Below, piece after piece: positions 50,058-64,000 of a stretch of 64,000 nucleotides of DNA. A program made the position numbers and the translations under genes. The stretch comes from Paraspadella gotoi (Eukaryota; Animalia; Chaetognatha). Location: positions 15,047,360 to 15,111,359 of the forward strand of contig CM119270.1 in the NCBI GenBank assembly GCA_051294375.1, read 5' to 3'. Under the pieces are notes generated by a model that was not told the origin of the DNA, did no database searches, and was given only the letters and a program-made list of their open reading frames with translations. Position 1 is the first letter of the stretch; each line of letters starts with the position of its first letter.

Positions 50058-53000
50058 ACCAATTCTCAGCGGCCCGTTTTTTCGAGTTCTTTTAAGTCTT
50101 CGGTTTCTCCGCTGATATTATTCTTGTTGCCGTTAGTTTTAGCCTTTTCTTTTATTTTTCTTCTTTCTCTTCTCTTTTTTATCCTTCTTCCCCCTGTCTT
50201 TTTCAAATTCGTCACTTATCTTTCTTTTCTAACATTTTTTTAAATTCCTTTTTTCTTTTTTTTGCTCTTTTTTTCATTCACTTTCTTTCCTCACGCTTCC
50301 CTGGATCGGTTTTTCAATCATTTATTGTTCTACAACTATCTCTTGCTCTCTCTATTGGTTTTTTTTTCTCATTATAACTTTTACTATGTAGCTTTTCTCT
50401 CGCTCACACCGTACAACAAAAAAAAATTAGACTCTCAGCCTGGGATTTGCAATTTGATTTCTTTTTTGCGATCAAACGAACAAAAAATTGAAGGAAATAA
50501 TTAGAAAAAAAACATTTAAGGTAAGTTAAAACAATTTTAAAACTATTAAAAAACACCAAACTTCAAATATTTTTTTTCTACGGATTTTTATTTTCCCTTC
50601 CTTTCTTGGTACATTAAACAGAGCTCAAAATGACGCATGCGGCAATATGCAAATCAATGGAAAAGTCTTCGAAATGATAGATGCCGCAATATATGCAGAT
50701 GGGTTGAAATTCGCAATAAAAGGACACGTTTTCACTGATTGACGCAACTCAAATTTGAATAAAACAATGAAACTAATTCCTTAAAAACTTGGTCACAACA
50801 ATACAACCACCATTACGAGTTTACATCAGTTGCTATCGGTAAGAATGAATGGTTATCGGTTATTTTGGTTAATTAGGCTAACAATAGGATTAACGAAAAG
50901 CATTCATAATTCAGTCGCTTCCAGCCGTGACTAAAACCAGTAAATAACAGCAAGGCAAAAAGGCAGCTACTTTTAAGGGACGATGGAGTTTTCTCTCGAC
51001 GATCTTTCCTTTTCATTTCTCTCTTCGAAATTCAAATCCGAGTTTAACGAATTCCCTTAAGGCGAAAAAAACTACTTGATTTCCGCCGTTACTTTCTCCT
51101 CCTCTTTCCTCCTTGCCTCCACTTTTACGACTCAATGCTCTGACGCCTTTGGGTCCGTTTTTTCAGAGTTGGATGTTCTCCAGATTCACTTTTACTTATT
51201 GGCGCTTTTTTGAAAAAAGTTATTCACTCCTATTTTCTTATGAACTAACACCTTTTATTTGTGGGATTTATTTGGCTTTCCCCAGAATATATAGATCTCA
51301 TATTCTTGATAATCTAATAAATATATATATTTTTTTCACATTTTAATACTCGCTTAATTTTTTATCTATTTATAATAATAAATGGGTATTCTTAATGTAT
51401 TTCGCTAATTTTTTTTCCTTGTTGTTTATTTTTCTTTATGCCGGACTCCTTTCAAATTTCCGAACGTGCGATTATTTCTGTGGGAATTATAACATATTTC
51501 CAGGCCAACTTCTAAAATATAACAAAAAAAGCCTAAACAATTACTGTTTCTATTTTTTAAAAAAGGAAGAAAAATATATCAGAAAAAATCAATTGGTGAG
51601 GGGGGGGAAAGGGAAAGAGCGGACAGTGCGTAACAGCACAACATCAGAGAAGAGACACACTTTACCAGAATAATAAAAAAAGTAACATCCGAGAATCGAA
51701 GAATATTTTATCAAATTAGAATTCGAAATCAAATAAGTCTCAACTCCCTAAGGTGACCTGATTTGAGGCCAGTAAGAAACGAAACGGGGGAGTTTTGCTT
51801 CCGAGGGCCAGACGAAGGGAGAAGGAGAGGGTTGAAAGTTCGCAAAGAGAGCAGGATTGAGCAGAAAGAAAAAGAAACAGCGAGAAGAGTGGTGAGAGAT
51901 TGAAGTCAATTGCAGGTGAAAGAGGATCGTCTTCTGTGTTTNNNNNNNNNNNNNNNNNNNNNNNNNAAAATATATCCAAAGTGGCAGTAAGAGAGAAAGA
52001 AAGAAAAAGGAAGGAGAGAAAAAAAAGAATAAAAGACAGAAAGAAGAGAGAAAGAAGAAAGAAATAAAGTCTAAGACGGACAGACAGACAGCGGAAACGT
52101 CGAGACGTCCGGAACCAAAAAGATTTGTTTAATGCGGAGGCAGATGCGGTGGCGGCAGCAGCGGCGGCGCGGTGGCGGCGGTGGCGGTGGCGGCGGCGGC
52201 GGAGGCGACGGCGGAGTGCGGCGGGCGTCCATCCTTTGGGGTAATGAGAATCCCAATGTCGGCAGAAGGAGGGGGTTGAGAAGCGGCAGTTGATGTTGAA
52301 GATGGCATTTAATGTTGATGTTGTAGTTGGAGAGTTATATGTAGGAAATGGTTTGAGCTGGATGCCTCTTTCTGTCTTTGCATTTCTTTATATACAAAGA
52401 AGGTGAGATAAAAAATATAATATTAAATCTGAGGCTAAAATTTATTCATTCAAATGTCGGCATATAGAGGTGCCGTTTATTTCTAGCAACTGATGCCATT
52501 CGCTCGCATTATTTGCAGTTGCCACCCGTGCCACATTAAATCTTTCTCGTTGGAATGGGCGGGGTCTTGATTCCCCTTTTCGTCATTCCCCGTCTAATTG
52601 GCGACATAAAAAATCGCTCAAAGACGACGAAAGCCAATTTCCCAAAAACACAAAGACTTTTTTTGGGGGGGGGGCGAAAGATTTCGTCGGCTGAAAGCTT
52701 TGATTTTGGTCGTCGGTCCTTGGTGTCAAAAAAGAAACTTGTCAGTTTTGAGTTGATTGTCTTGAATTCGTATTGCGTAGAGTTGACGACGTTATAAGGT
52801 TAATAGGATTATTATGCGTAAAATATATTGTTTAAGACGATAAGTATATTTAATAAACTTTCCTTTTTTTTTAACTTAGCGTATAACAAACTATAACGTA
52901 TTTATTTATGGCCGCTTAATATAAATTGTTTGTTGTATCATGATGTGAACGAGTTATTATTTGTGGAACCGTCAGTAGATGTTAAAAAAAAAAAAGGAAA

Positions 53001-53688
53001 TGTCCGGACGCTACAAAGTGATTGGTTCACGGTCTTCGCGCCGATTTAATTCAAAAAATATTTTGTTTTATAGCTTTGTTTTTGGGGATCTTCAAAACTA
53101 GTCATCGGGATTCCCCAAACAACTGTTTGTGACTAAAAAATTAAACTATAACACAATGATATAATATCCTTTAATAATCTAATTTGAATTGATTTCGACA
53201 TTAGGTGTTCACCAGGAAAGATTTTGAAGGAGCAGTCGTCTATTAACGAGATTTTAGCAAAAAAAAGGCAGCAGTGACAAAATGAATGACTTTTCGGTTA
53301 CCCTTTCTTGTTCTTTTTAAACTTTATCCACCTCATAATCAGAAGAAAGTTTGAGTTTAAAGATACGAAAGTATATAACAATCCCGAGACACCTAAACTT
53401 TCTAGACGTCAGCGTTTTGAAAAAATTTAGGCAGTTACCGTTGTTACTCAAAACGCTGTATGTAAATTGATCAATTTGAAGTAAAATCATTAAATATATT
53501 TTTGAGAAAGCCGTGTGAGTTGCTTGAAACTTTTGACCGATCTTTTGAGTAATTTGTCGTTGATGACTGTCGCAATTGTGCCAACAAATCTTGTGCTCTT
53601 TTGTACAATTCCAGGTTTTCCATCTCGGTTTTGAGTTGGATCCGTTTTATAGAGAGAGAGAAGAGAGAGAGAGAAAGAGATGAGAGAG

Positions 53689-53728
<40 letters not shown>

Positions 53729-56525
53729 TTATTTGTCATCGTTTGTCGGAATTCCGTCGCCGATAGGAGTAAAAAAAAATTTCTCCCTCGAGGCCAAATA
53801 ATTTCGTTATCTCTTCTTTTTTTCCGCACGTTTGCAGTTTTACGATGATCCGAAAAATCATTTAAATAAAATTAGAATTTGTACTGGGATACAAAAGGTA
53901 TAGACGAGCCCTTCTCCCATTTCAAGCTGTTATTAACGGGATCCAAGGAATCGAGGCCGCCGCCTCCGCTGCCGCCGCCTCCGCTGCCGCTGCCGCTTTC
54001 GCTTTAAACCATCTAGAAACAGAAGAAAAAAACATATCGTTGTTCAGACTGTTAACCTTACATACGTTACCAGTTTGACTTTCTAAAATCGTATTTTTAA
54101 GCCCTTTAACCTGACCGGTTTTTAATCAACTCCTCGTTTCTGCTCCTTTCTCTTTTCCTTTTTTAACTTTACCATTTATTTTATTTCCCTTCGTTCCCTT
54201 AATTTCCTTTCCTCTTTCTTTCCTTTCCTTTCCTTTCCTTTCCTTTCCTTTCCTTTCCTTTCCTTTCCTTTCCTTTCTTTTTATTTATTTTCCTTCGCTA
54301 CGTTTCCTTTTTTTCTCTCCATCACTAAATGTTTTTCTTCGAACTTTCTATTTTTATCTTCCATTTTCAGATCCTTCATTATTCTATTTTTGATTTCTCC
54401 TCTTACAGATTCCCTTTCACAATCTATAAAATCTCCTTTTTTTTTCTTCCTTTTCCCGACCCTAATTCCCAAAACTTCTCCTCCCAAACTTCCTTCCTTT
54501 CTTCCCTCCCCTTTTCTCCAACCCTTTCCCCTTAATTTCTCCCCCTTTTCTCTCCCCTTTTCTTACCCCCGCCTTCTTTCGTTCGGAGAACGGAGGTTTT
54601 ATCGAAAAATAATAATCTCGGTGGCGTAACTTTATGCATGCTAATTGATTATCGGATTCGGAGGGAGGAAAGACTTGAAGAGTGGAGGAAAGTGGGGGGT
54701 GGGGGGCGCGGGAGCGTGGGGGAGAGCTCTTTCGAGCGCTTCTCTTTTCTTACTTTTTCTTTTTTTTTTCTTTTTTTCCTTTTTATTTTACTACCTCTTT
54801 CTTTCTTTTTTCCAGTTCTTCCTATTTTTCCTTCTCCTTCTGTTTACATTTCTTCTTTTCCTTACTTTTTTTTTTCCCTCGGTTCTTTTCTTCTTCTTAC
54901 TTTTTTTTTTCTCGGTCAGAACGAGGCTCGTGGCCAGAGCGTTTATTTTGTCCAGAAATAATATCATTATAATCGACGTTTTTTCTCTTCTTGGTCCTAC
55001 GTCGGTCACACTCTCTCTTTCTTTTTTCTTTTTTTATTTTCTTTCTTTCCTCCTGTTTCTTGTTAGTCTTTTCTGCGATATGTTTTCCTCCTTTCCAATT
55101 TAATGTTTTGTTTGATATAATTTTCGCGGGCCATTACGTATTACCTAAATCACCACGGTTGTATGTTTTATTTTCAGCTTAGAGATTAAGACTGAGACTT
55201 AGACTCAGACTTAGATTTAGACTAAGACTTAAACCTCAAACCAAAATCTTCATTCTTCATCCTTCCTCTTCCGTCCGCTTCGCCTCTTAGGATATCAGCT
55301 TCTAATTCAATTATACACGTTTTAAACCCCGAACCTTATGTCCTCTCGCTCTCCCTCCCGTTTTTCACACTCTTTTCCCACTTTTCACAAACTTCTATCC
55401 CGAGATCTTATCATTTTTTTTCTTTTCACTTACGCGATTCGATTGTACTTTCACTCAAACAGAGTCACATACGTAAGAGGCTTCTACTTTCTCACCTCCA
55501 AAGATTAACAAGACTTAGCCCTGTCGTTCATTCCTTTCTCCTCTCACCCCTCCCACACCTCCCACACTTGTCAAACTTAGTCCCCGCACTCTGGCCAGAT
55601 TTTTGTTTGCGGAGAATTATTAGAAAAAGATTCCCGCGGAGCACGAGCGGCCTGTTGGCCGGTCGACGGCGACCGCTTAAGATTTCCTCGACGATAAAGA
55701 TTTTCTTTTTGAAATTCAAAACCCAACCAGTTTTTTTTCCGATGGCTTGGCACTCAGGTTGCCAGTCAAGATCGGTTGTTTTTAAAAGGAAGAGAAAAAA
55801 GCCATATTTTTGTATTTATCGAACAATTTTTGTATGTATTTTTATTTATGGTTAAATTACCGCAGAAAACTTTTCAGCGGTGAAAATCAACTTACGATAT
55901 ATTATATTCCATTTCTGAGAAAAGGATTCTGGTCTTTTCACGAGCGCCCCGAGCCCCGGCGCGGCGTGTGCGCTTGGGTGAAGAAATATCGGGTGCGTGG
56001 ATTTTCTCGACGATTCGACCGGGAGGATTATCGGGTGGCGGTGAAATACTTGAGAAAGAGATGGTCAGAGTTACGGGGCGAGGATGGAGTAACATGATGA
56101 CGCAACAGACAGTGTTATACAATATATTTTGTTTAATATACATAAAATATGTATAATGTACACATGTTAAAGGAGGAAAACCTTTTTATTATTCGTAGAT
56201 CGTATCATTAAACGATTCAGACTAGATTGAAACAAAGTATAGGATGTAAAAGTGCTTGTTACTAAAGCGGTCACAAATAAGATGCTTGGCAACAGACTCA
56301 TTGTGCTCTGCTTCTCCGGTAACTAAGGAAAATATGAGGAATTCACATTTCCATATAAGATGCATTCATCCTGTATCCATAAGGCCAGATTAAAATCACC
56401 CTGTAGCTGAAGCCCTCTTCTCGCGACGTCATCAGTGGTTATCTTCTTGTCTGACATTTGTACTCCCCCATTTCTCTTTTTTATTTCCCCACACGTCACT
56501 CCCGCTCTGTCTCTCTCTTTCTTCT

Positions 56526-56592
<67 letters not shown>

Positions 56593-58910
56593 GATTTTCT
56601 TTCTCTTTCTCAGATAAACATTCGTCTCGCTCCCTCCATCGTTTTCGCCCTCTCGTGGGAGTTGGACAAACAACAAAGACTTTCGAGTCAGTTGACGTCG
56701 ACGACGACGACGACGACAATTCTCAGCGCCGTTTTTCAGTTCTTTTAAGTCTTCGGTTTCTCCGCTGATATTATTCCTTTTGCCGTTAGTTTTTTAGCCT
56801 TTTCTTTTATTTTCTTCTCTTCTCTTCTCTTTTCTTTTTATCCTTCTTCCCCTGTCTTTTTTCAAATTCTCACTTATCTTTCTTTCTAACATTTTTTTAA
56901 CTTGCTTTTTTTCTTTTTTGCTCTTTTTTTTCATTTACTTTCTTTCCTCACGCTTCCCTGGTTCGGTTTTTCAATCATTTATTGTTCTACAACTATCTCT
57001 CTCTCTCTATTTGTTTTTTTCTCATTATAACTTTTACTATGTAGCTTTCTCTCGCTCACACGTACAACAAAAAAAAAATAGACTCTCAGCCTGGGATTTC
57101 AATTTGATTTCTTTTGCCGATCAAACGAATCAAAAAACTTGAAGGAAATAATTAAGAAAAAAAACATTTAAGGTAAGTTAAAACAATTTTAAACTATTAA
57201 AAAACCCAAACTTCAAATATTTTTTTCTACGGATTTTTATTTTCCCTTCCTTTCTTGGTACATTAAACAGAGCTCAAAATGACGCATGCGGCAATATGCA
57301 AATCAGATGGAAAAGTCTTCGAAATGATAGATGCCGCAATATAAGCAGATGGGTTGAAATTCGCAAATGAAAGGAACATTTTCACTGATTGACGCAACTC
57401 AAATTTGAATAAAACAATGAAACTAATTCCTTAAAAAACTTGGTCCAACAATACAACCACCATTACGAGTTTACATCAGTTGCTATCGGTAAGAATGAAT
57501 GGTTATCGGTTATTTGGTTAATTAGGCTAAAATAGATTAACCGAAAAGCATCATATTCAGTCGCTCCCAGCCGTGACTAAAACAGTAAATAACAGCAAGG
57601 CAAAAGGCGCTACTTTAAGGGGACGATGGAGTTTCTCTCGACGTCTTCCTTTTCATTTCTCCTTCGAAATTCAATCCGAGTTTACGATTCCCTTAAGGCG
57701 AAAAACTACTTGATTTCCGCGTTACTTCTCCTCCTCTTCCTCCTTGCCTCCACTTTTACGACTTCATGCTCTCTCCTTTGGGTCCGTTTTTCAGAGTTGG
57801 ATTTCTCCAGATTCACTTTTACTTATTGGCGCTTTTTTGAAAAAAGTTATTCACTCCTTTTTCTTATGAACTAACCCTTTATTTGTGGGATTTATTTGGC
57901 TTTTCCCAGAATTATAGATCTCATATTCTTGATAATCTAATAAATATATATATTTTTTACCAATTTTAACACTCCTTAATTTTTATCTATACGTAATACA
58001 TAAAGGTATCCAGTTAAATTGGTTCATTTTCCTAATTTTTTTCCTTTGTTTTTTTTTTCTTATGCCGGATTCCTTTCAAATTTCCGAACGTCAGGATTAT
58101 CTTCTGTGGAATTATAACATATTCCAGGCCAAGCTAGAATATAGCAAGAAAAAGCTAACAATTACTGTTTCTATTTTTTAAAAAGGAAGAAAAAAATCAA
58201 TTGGGGGGAAGAAAGACGCGGACGGCGAAACAACACAGCACACAGACAGAGACACACTTTACCAGAAAAAAAAAAGAACATCCGAGAATCGAGAATTTAT
58301 CAAATTAGAATCGAAATAAATAGTCTCAACTCCTAAGGGACCTGATTTGAGGCCAGAGAACGGGATGTTTTTTGCTCCGGGGCCAGACGAAGGGGAGCAG
58401 GGGGGAGAAGGGGGTGAGAAGGTTGGCGGGAAGAGGGGGAGGGCAATTGGGGGGGGGGGCAGGAAGAAAAGGGAAAGGAGCGGGAGGAAGGATTTGGTGA
58501 GGAGAATGGTAAGTCAATTAGTGGGAAAAGCTCTAAGAATGTTTATTCGGGGAATGGAGTTTTGGTGAAGGGTAAGTCAGGGTGAGTTGAAGCACGAAGT
58601 CAATGAGAAAAAGGATCGGAAATCGAATAGACAACGGGTTAAAGAAATATCATAAAAAGTTGAGAGGAAGTCGGACAACTGGAACTCGAAAGGGTTAAAA
58701 TGGGAAAACAGTCAAAACAGATAAACAGAGAAGAAGAAACGGGTTAAATTTTGAACGATTCGCCCGATAAACCAAGAATTTATACTGGGTGTATTTCGTG
58801 AAGTGCATCGGTCCATGTATACTTAAAGTAGCAGGAAAACAAAAGGGCAGCCGTCGAAACGCGCGAGGCCCTCGCGGGAGGCGCTGGCGACAAAAGGGGG
58901 AAAGAGAAAT

Positions 58911-58933
58911 CCGGAAATGGCGCGAAATTCGAA
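58911..58933 (+). promoter_or_regulatory. Candidate CDE/CHR (E2F + LIN54) element with overlapping Ets/YY1-like cores
   Basis: CCGGAAAT-GGCGCG-AAA-TTCGAA in a GC-rich patch. Confidence 0.45.
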
Positions 58934-60427
58934 GGCGGAAGACTTGAATGAAGATGCGCCCAGCGTTGGGGAATGGCGTGCGTCGGGTGTTGGGTAAAAG
59001 TCGAGGGATCGATATAACGGGTGGATGGAAAATTGAAACCTTTTCGTTTTCTTTTTTTTCTTGCTCTTTCTTTCTTTCTTTCTTTTCTTTCTTTTCTTTC
59101 TTTCTTTCTTTCTTTCTTTCTTTTCTTTCTTTTCTTTCTTTTCTTTCGTTTCTTTCTTTCTTACTTTTTTCTTTCTTTTTTTATTTTATCCTTTTTCTCT
59201 TTCTCTATTTCTTTCCTATCTCTATCTCTCTTCGATTTCACTTCCCTCCCTGTTTCTCTCTTTATCTCACTCTCAGGCCGACTTCCAATGTTTACCCTTC
59301 TCTTGACGCCAAGATTCGTTGGTTGCACGATGGAGATCTGACCGCAAATCTGACCGCCTCTGGGGTCTCTCTCTCTCTCTCTCTATCTCTCTCGTCTTCT
59401 CTTTCTCTCCGTCTCTAATTTCTAAAAAACAAGGGGATTTTATCTTTGGCGCGAAGGAAAAAATCTTGTCTAATTTCTCTTTGCTTTCACAATCACATCG
59501 CCCTGCTGCCGCTCGCCTCTCTGCCCCTTTTGAGCCTCTCCCTTTCTCTCTCTGCCTCATATTCACTCATTGACCATCTCTGCCACTAATGATGACCTTC
59601 TTTGCTGTTTTTTTTAATTTGTCTCTTTGCTCTTAAGAGCCTTTTTCCCCGCGCCTCTTAGCGCCTTTCTCTCTCTCTGCTCTCTCTCTGTGTCTTTTCA
59701 CCCTTTGCCAATATTGCTCTTCGCGAAACTTCTGGACGAATCTATGCTTTAAATGGCAGAAAACAGATTTCCCTATCCTCTCCTCTCTCTCTCTCTCGGA
59801 TGTCGATCAGTCGTCTCTCTTTCGTGTCTCTCCCTATCTGCTCCGTCGAATCGTCGTCTCGTGCTCTCTCTGGCTGCTGCTCCTCTCCCGAATTTTGCGA
59901 GGAAAAGGTTTGAAAAAAGTATCATCAAATTTGTTTAAATGCGCTGGGGTGTTTTATGTGCCCGGTCTTGCTTGTATCTTCAATTCGGCTCTAATTGGGT
60001 TTTTTTCCGGTTTTTTTCACTGGCATCGCCGTCGAAATGATAACATATGAACTATATACTCGACTCTCTCTGCTCCATCGATCTCTCTTGCTCCTCGTCG
60101 TCATCCACTCCGTGGCGACTAGACTCTCGTGCGGTGCTACAGTCTCCTCTCTCTCACCTCCCGTCGGTCTCGGCGTCTGTTGCCCGTCATAATACGTCGT
60201 AGTCGGTCGTCTCTCTCTCGGCTCCGTACCCGCCCGCCAATCTCGAGTCTTCTCATCTGCCGATGTCTCTCTCGTCTCGTCTCTCTCTCCCCTCTCTCCC
60301 CTCCTGTGATTTGAACGCACTGTGTTTTTCCCTTTTTTTCACGATTTTCTTGATTAAGTTTCTTGTATTTTCCTTCAAGTTTCCATACGATTATTTTTTT
60401 TTCTCCGTTTCCCGATTTTCTTCTAAA

Positions 60428-60442
60428 TTCAAATTTCGCGCC
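60428..60442 (-). promoter_or_regulatory. Candidate CDE/CHR element
   Basis: The minus strand reads GGCGCG-AAA-TTTGAA. Confidence 0.45.
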
Positions 60443-61239
60443 GGAATATTAAATCTCCCCGATGAAAATTTTTTTTTTTTACTCGAGAAATAAAAAAAAT
60501 AGAAATATTGATAAGAAATACAGATAAATTTTAGAAGCCAAACAAAGATGCTAAGTTTGCGTTTAATTTTTGGTGTTTTTTATATATATCTTTGTTGTTT
60601 GCCCTGATTCGTTTGTTGTTTTTTTTACAACATTTTTAGAGTTTCTGTTCGCAGGGTTTTTTGCCCTTTTTTTTTATATAAAATATGCAACGCCATCTCT
60701 AGAGGATCGATGGGGGCCAAACGAGTTTCACCCGCCAAACAAACGAACACTCTCCCGCCAAAAAGGTCATCTCGTGTCCTCTTCACCCGAAGTCCCCAAA
60801 AATATTCGTCCTCGAATCGCGGGTGGATTTTTCCAAAACTCTGTACTTGTCACTTTCCTTTTTTGTCATACATACGTAGTTCTACTAGTAAATGACCTTG
60901 TAACCGAACTTGTCCCGACATTAAGATTAATTTTAGACGATTTTATTTTATTTTTATTTTTTGGTTAGAAAGGCCTTTGCGTTAAAAGGAATAAACGACT
61001 CAAAATTTCTCCGTCTTCCCTTTGAATAAAATCTAGATATAAAAATAGCGAAAAGTAAAATGGCGGATTATTTTTCTCTCGACTTACCCGCCTCACCTTC
61101 TCCGTCTTCTTTCATCCCTTCCTTATATTTTCCTCCCTATTTATATTTTTTTTTATTAAATCCTCGTCTTTAATCTCGATTTTTGAAAACCAATAAATNN
61201 NNNNNNNNNNNNNNNNNNNNNNNATAAATCAGGATTCTC

Positions 61240-63083
61240 GTTTCCGGGCCTTTGTTCTTTGTTCGTATCGAGTTGTAGCATGGTAGTCCAACATTATCTC
61301 AATCGAACGTTTTCAACGCAGAGAAGGAGATCGTTCTCCATTTTTGTCTCCGGTCGCTGCCGATTTTCTTTTAGCCATAGTCTGTGGCCATAGTAAATGG
61401 CATAGATACAACAAACGAAAATAAATACTTAGACGAGAACAAAGAAAACAACAACGACGACAAAGGACACAAAGGACATGAAGGCGAACATAGAAGGCGT
61501 AAGAGGTTCCCTCCATTGCGCGCCTGCGCAAGTGACCATAAAATAAACAGATTTCGCGGAAAAGATACAGCGAAAAGGGATATAGACATCATTTCTTTAA
61601 TGAGTCGAAGCGCATTCACGCGTAAGGTCCGGCATAGACTGCGGCGTCGTAATAACCTTAGTACAACGCACAGACCGGGGATACTTTTGGGATACTTTTT
61701 TTTTTTTTTTTTTTTTTTTTTGTTTTTTTTTCTTAAATCAAAAAAAGCACAATTTGACAATTAAGACAATAAGAAGATTAACGAATTAAACAGATGAGTA
61801 TCTGAGCCAAAGAAAAAAATTGCACTAGATAATGGCAACAAAATAAAAATTTTCAAGACACATTAAGGATACATTGTCGGACATTGCCAAATTGGAAAAG
61901 TATTAAAATATATCAATGAAAATCATGAGTGAATATTCAATTACAACTAGGCATTTGCATTGTTTTTTAGTATAGACAGAAAACCTTGGCAAATGGAAAA
62001 AAAAAGGTAAATAACTATTCATTATGTACCTGTAAACATTTATACTGGCCATTGCTCTTTTTTTTATTTTTTTTTTTTTAAGCTCATACACAGGAAACTT
62101 GTCAATTTTTTTTTTTTTAACTGATCATAAATAGAAAGGCATAAATACCAGGATTATAAAATTATTGCGAATTACCCTTTACCTAATTTATTATTATTCT
62201 TATCGGTTAATTGTTACTATTATTATTTTTATACATTTATTTTGGGACATCACAAGATTGATGAAAACCCGGAAAACAGAGAAAGGATTAAGGAAAGGAT
62301 TTCCGGGAAGAGGAAGGAAGATTCTGGATGACTTTCGAACGGGATTTAGGAAGACATCATCAGTAAAAGGAACAATAGTTTCCGGAAGAGGAAAAGAAGG
62401 TTCCAGAAGAGGAAGAGGAGATTCCGCGAAGGGAATCTGGCTTCGTTACTTGCCCAGTGATTACTAAATAACCCTCTGTTTCTGCTTTGATATCATTCTG
62501 TCCAATATTGACAGCACCGTCTTCTATCTACTTTCTGTAAATTAAATTCCACTTTTGGTTTATGCTGAAATCCCTGTCTTTCTACTTAAAATTGTGACAG
62601 GAGTGGACTCGACATCCCACCTCTCCAAAAAGAAGAATGTCCAAGCCTTATCCAACTACGACCAACGCTAACGGTCCGATTCCGCCCTTTGCCTTTTGTT
62701 CGTTCGCCCAAAATTCTCACGTTTCACGCGAGAGATTCGTTTCTCATTTTGTCTCCGTCGCTCCGATTTTCTTTTAGCCATAGTCTGTGGCCATAGTAAA
62801 TGGCATAGATACAACAAACGAAATAAATACTTAGAAGAGAACAAAGAAAACAACAACGACGACAAAGACACAAAGGACATGAAGGCGAACATAGAAGGCG
62901 TAAGAGGTTCACCCTCCATTGCGCCTGCGCAATGACCATAATACACTTTCGCGAAACGATACAAGCGAAAAGGGATATAGACATCATTCTTTAATTGATC
63001 GAAGCGCATTCACGCGTAAGGTCGGCATAGAAACGGGCGTCGTAATAACCTTAGTACACAGACCGGGAATAATTTTGGGATAT
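61240..63083. repeat. ~430-bp duplication (61240-61695 vs 62680-63083)
   Basis: Shared ttagccatagtctgtggccatagtaaatggcatagatacaac...; the first copy lies next to a gap. Confidence 0.85.
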
Positions 63084-64000
63084 CATTGCTGTAAAATACA
63101 ATCGATGGTCTAATTATTTTTGTGACGAAAATTCAAATTTGAGGCGAACAGTAAACTTTTGCTGCCTTGAAGTCCCGAAGTATTACATGATTAAACGATT
63201 TGGAAACATGAAGGCTGACTTAAAACATTAAAAATTAAAAAAAAATTAAATTACAAATACTGAACCTATGAAGAAACATTATCAAAAACTTCTATTCTAT
63301 TTCCTTAATCATAAATCCTTATTCTCATCACGTCAAAACCTTTCTCCCTCTTTTCCACCTCCCCCATTTCNNNNNNNNNNNNNNNNNNNNNNNNNNNNNN
63401 NNNNNNNNNNNNNNNNNNNNNNNNNNNNNNNNNNNNNNNNNNNNNNNNNNNNNNNNNNNNNNNNNNNNNNNNNNNNNNNNNNNNNNNNNNNNNNNNNNNN
63501 NNNNNNNNNNNNNNNNNNNNNNNNNNNNNNNNNNNNNNNNNNNNNNNNNNNNNNNNNNNNNNNNNNNNNNNNNNNNNNNNNNNNNNNNNNNNNNNNNNNN
63601 NNNNNNNNNNNNNNNNNNNNNNNNNNCAGAAAAAAAAAGAAAGAAAAAGACTCGACGCAACTGAAATTCTGGGTCTTGAGAGATCTTGGCCCCATCACAG
63701 CCATCAGCCAATAATTCGATTAGATCCTTCCCTCTGTCGTTGTGGTCGTTGTTGTTGTTGTTGTCGTCGTAGATTTCGTCTCGTCGTCATCGTCGTCGTC
63801 GTCGTTGTTGCCCTCGCGAGATCTTCATTGACATCGCGTGAATGTGCTGTGTACGAAATAAACTACGTAACGAACAAGAAATATCTCACAGCAACTTTAA
63901 CTGTTTTCTTGTCATTTTCCCTCTTCGTCTCCCGCCATCGTCTTTGTCGTTATCGTCGTTGTCGTTGTCGTCTTCATCCTCGATCCGTCTTCAAGAGTCG

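Larger units (their letters stand above)
42485..58500. repeat. Near-tandem duplication (42485-51900 vs 51967-58500) across a 25-N gap, probably uncollapsed haplotypes
   Basis: Collinear near-identical copies; the first has an extra 2.65-kb insertion. Confidence 0.92.

Noticed and set aside
59277-59364. Ig-like phrase AKIRWLHDG after a strong polypyrimidine acceptor
   Set aside because: No good donor, no flanking Ig cysteines and no further exons; probably chance.

Overview
Animal (probably invertebrate, no visible CpG depletion) genomic scaffold: AT-rich, full of microsatellites, with ten N-gaps and stretches of noisy long-read-quality sequence. Almost all listed ORFs are simple-repeat artefacts. 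The one gene I can reconstruct is an 11-exon, + strand Cys-loop ligand-gated ion channel (nicotinic acetylcholine receptor alpha-type, ~500 aa, 7512-14970). It has several unusual traits. A second, diverged copy of the last exon (MA end + M4) at 15577-15682 looks like an alternative terminal exon. Two of the five aromatic-box residues are lost (loop A Tyr->Leu, loop D Trp->Cys) while the vicinal cysteines are kept. There is no Glu at the M2 -1' selectivity position, and nearly all internal exons are symmetric. The remaining ~48 kb has no recognisable exons. It holds a TTAA-flanked TIR element, a DINE-1/Helentron-like insertion present in only one of two near-duplicate (probably haplotypic) copies, a dispersed repeat family, minisatellites, and a candidate promoter region with two CDE/CHR (DREAM)-type motifs. 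No CRISPR array, rRNA or tRNA was seen.
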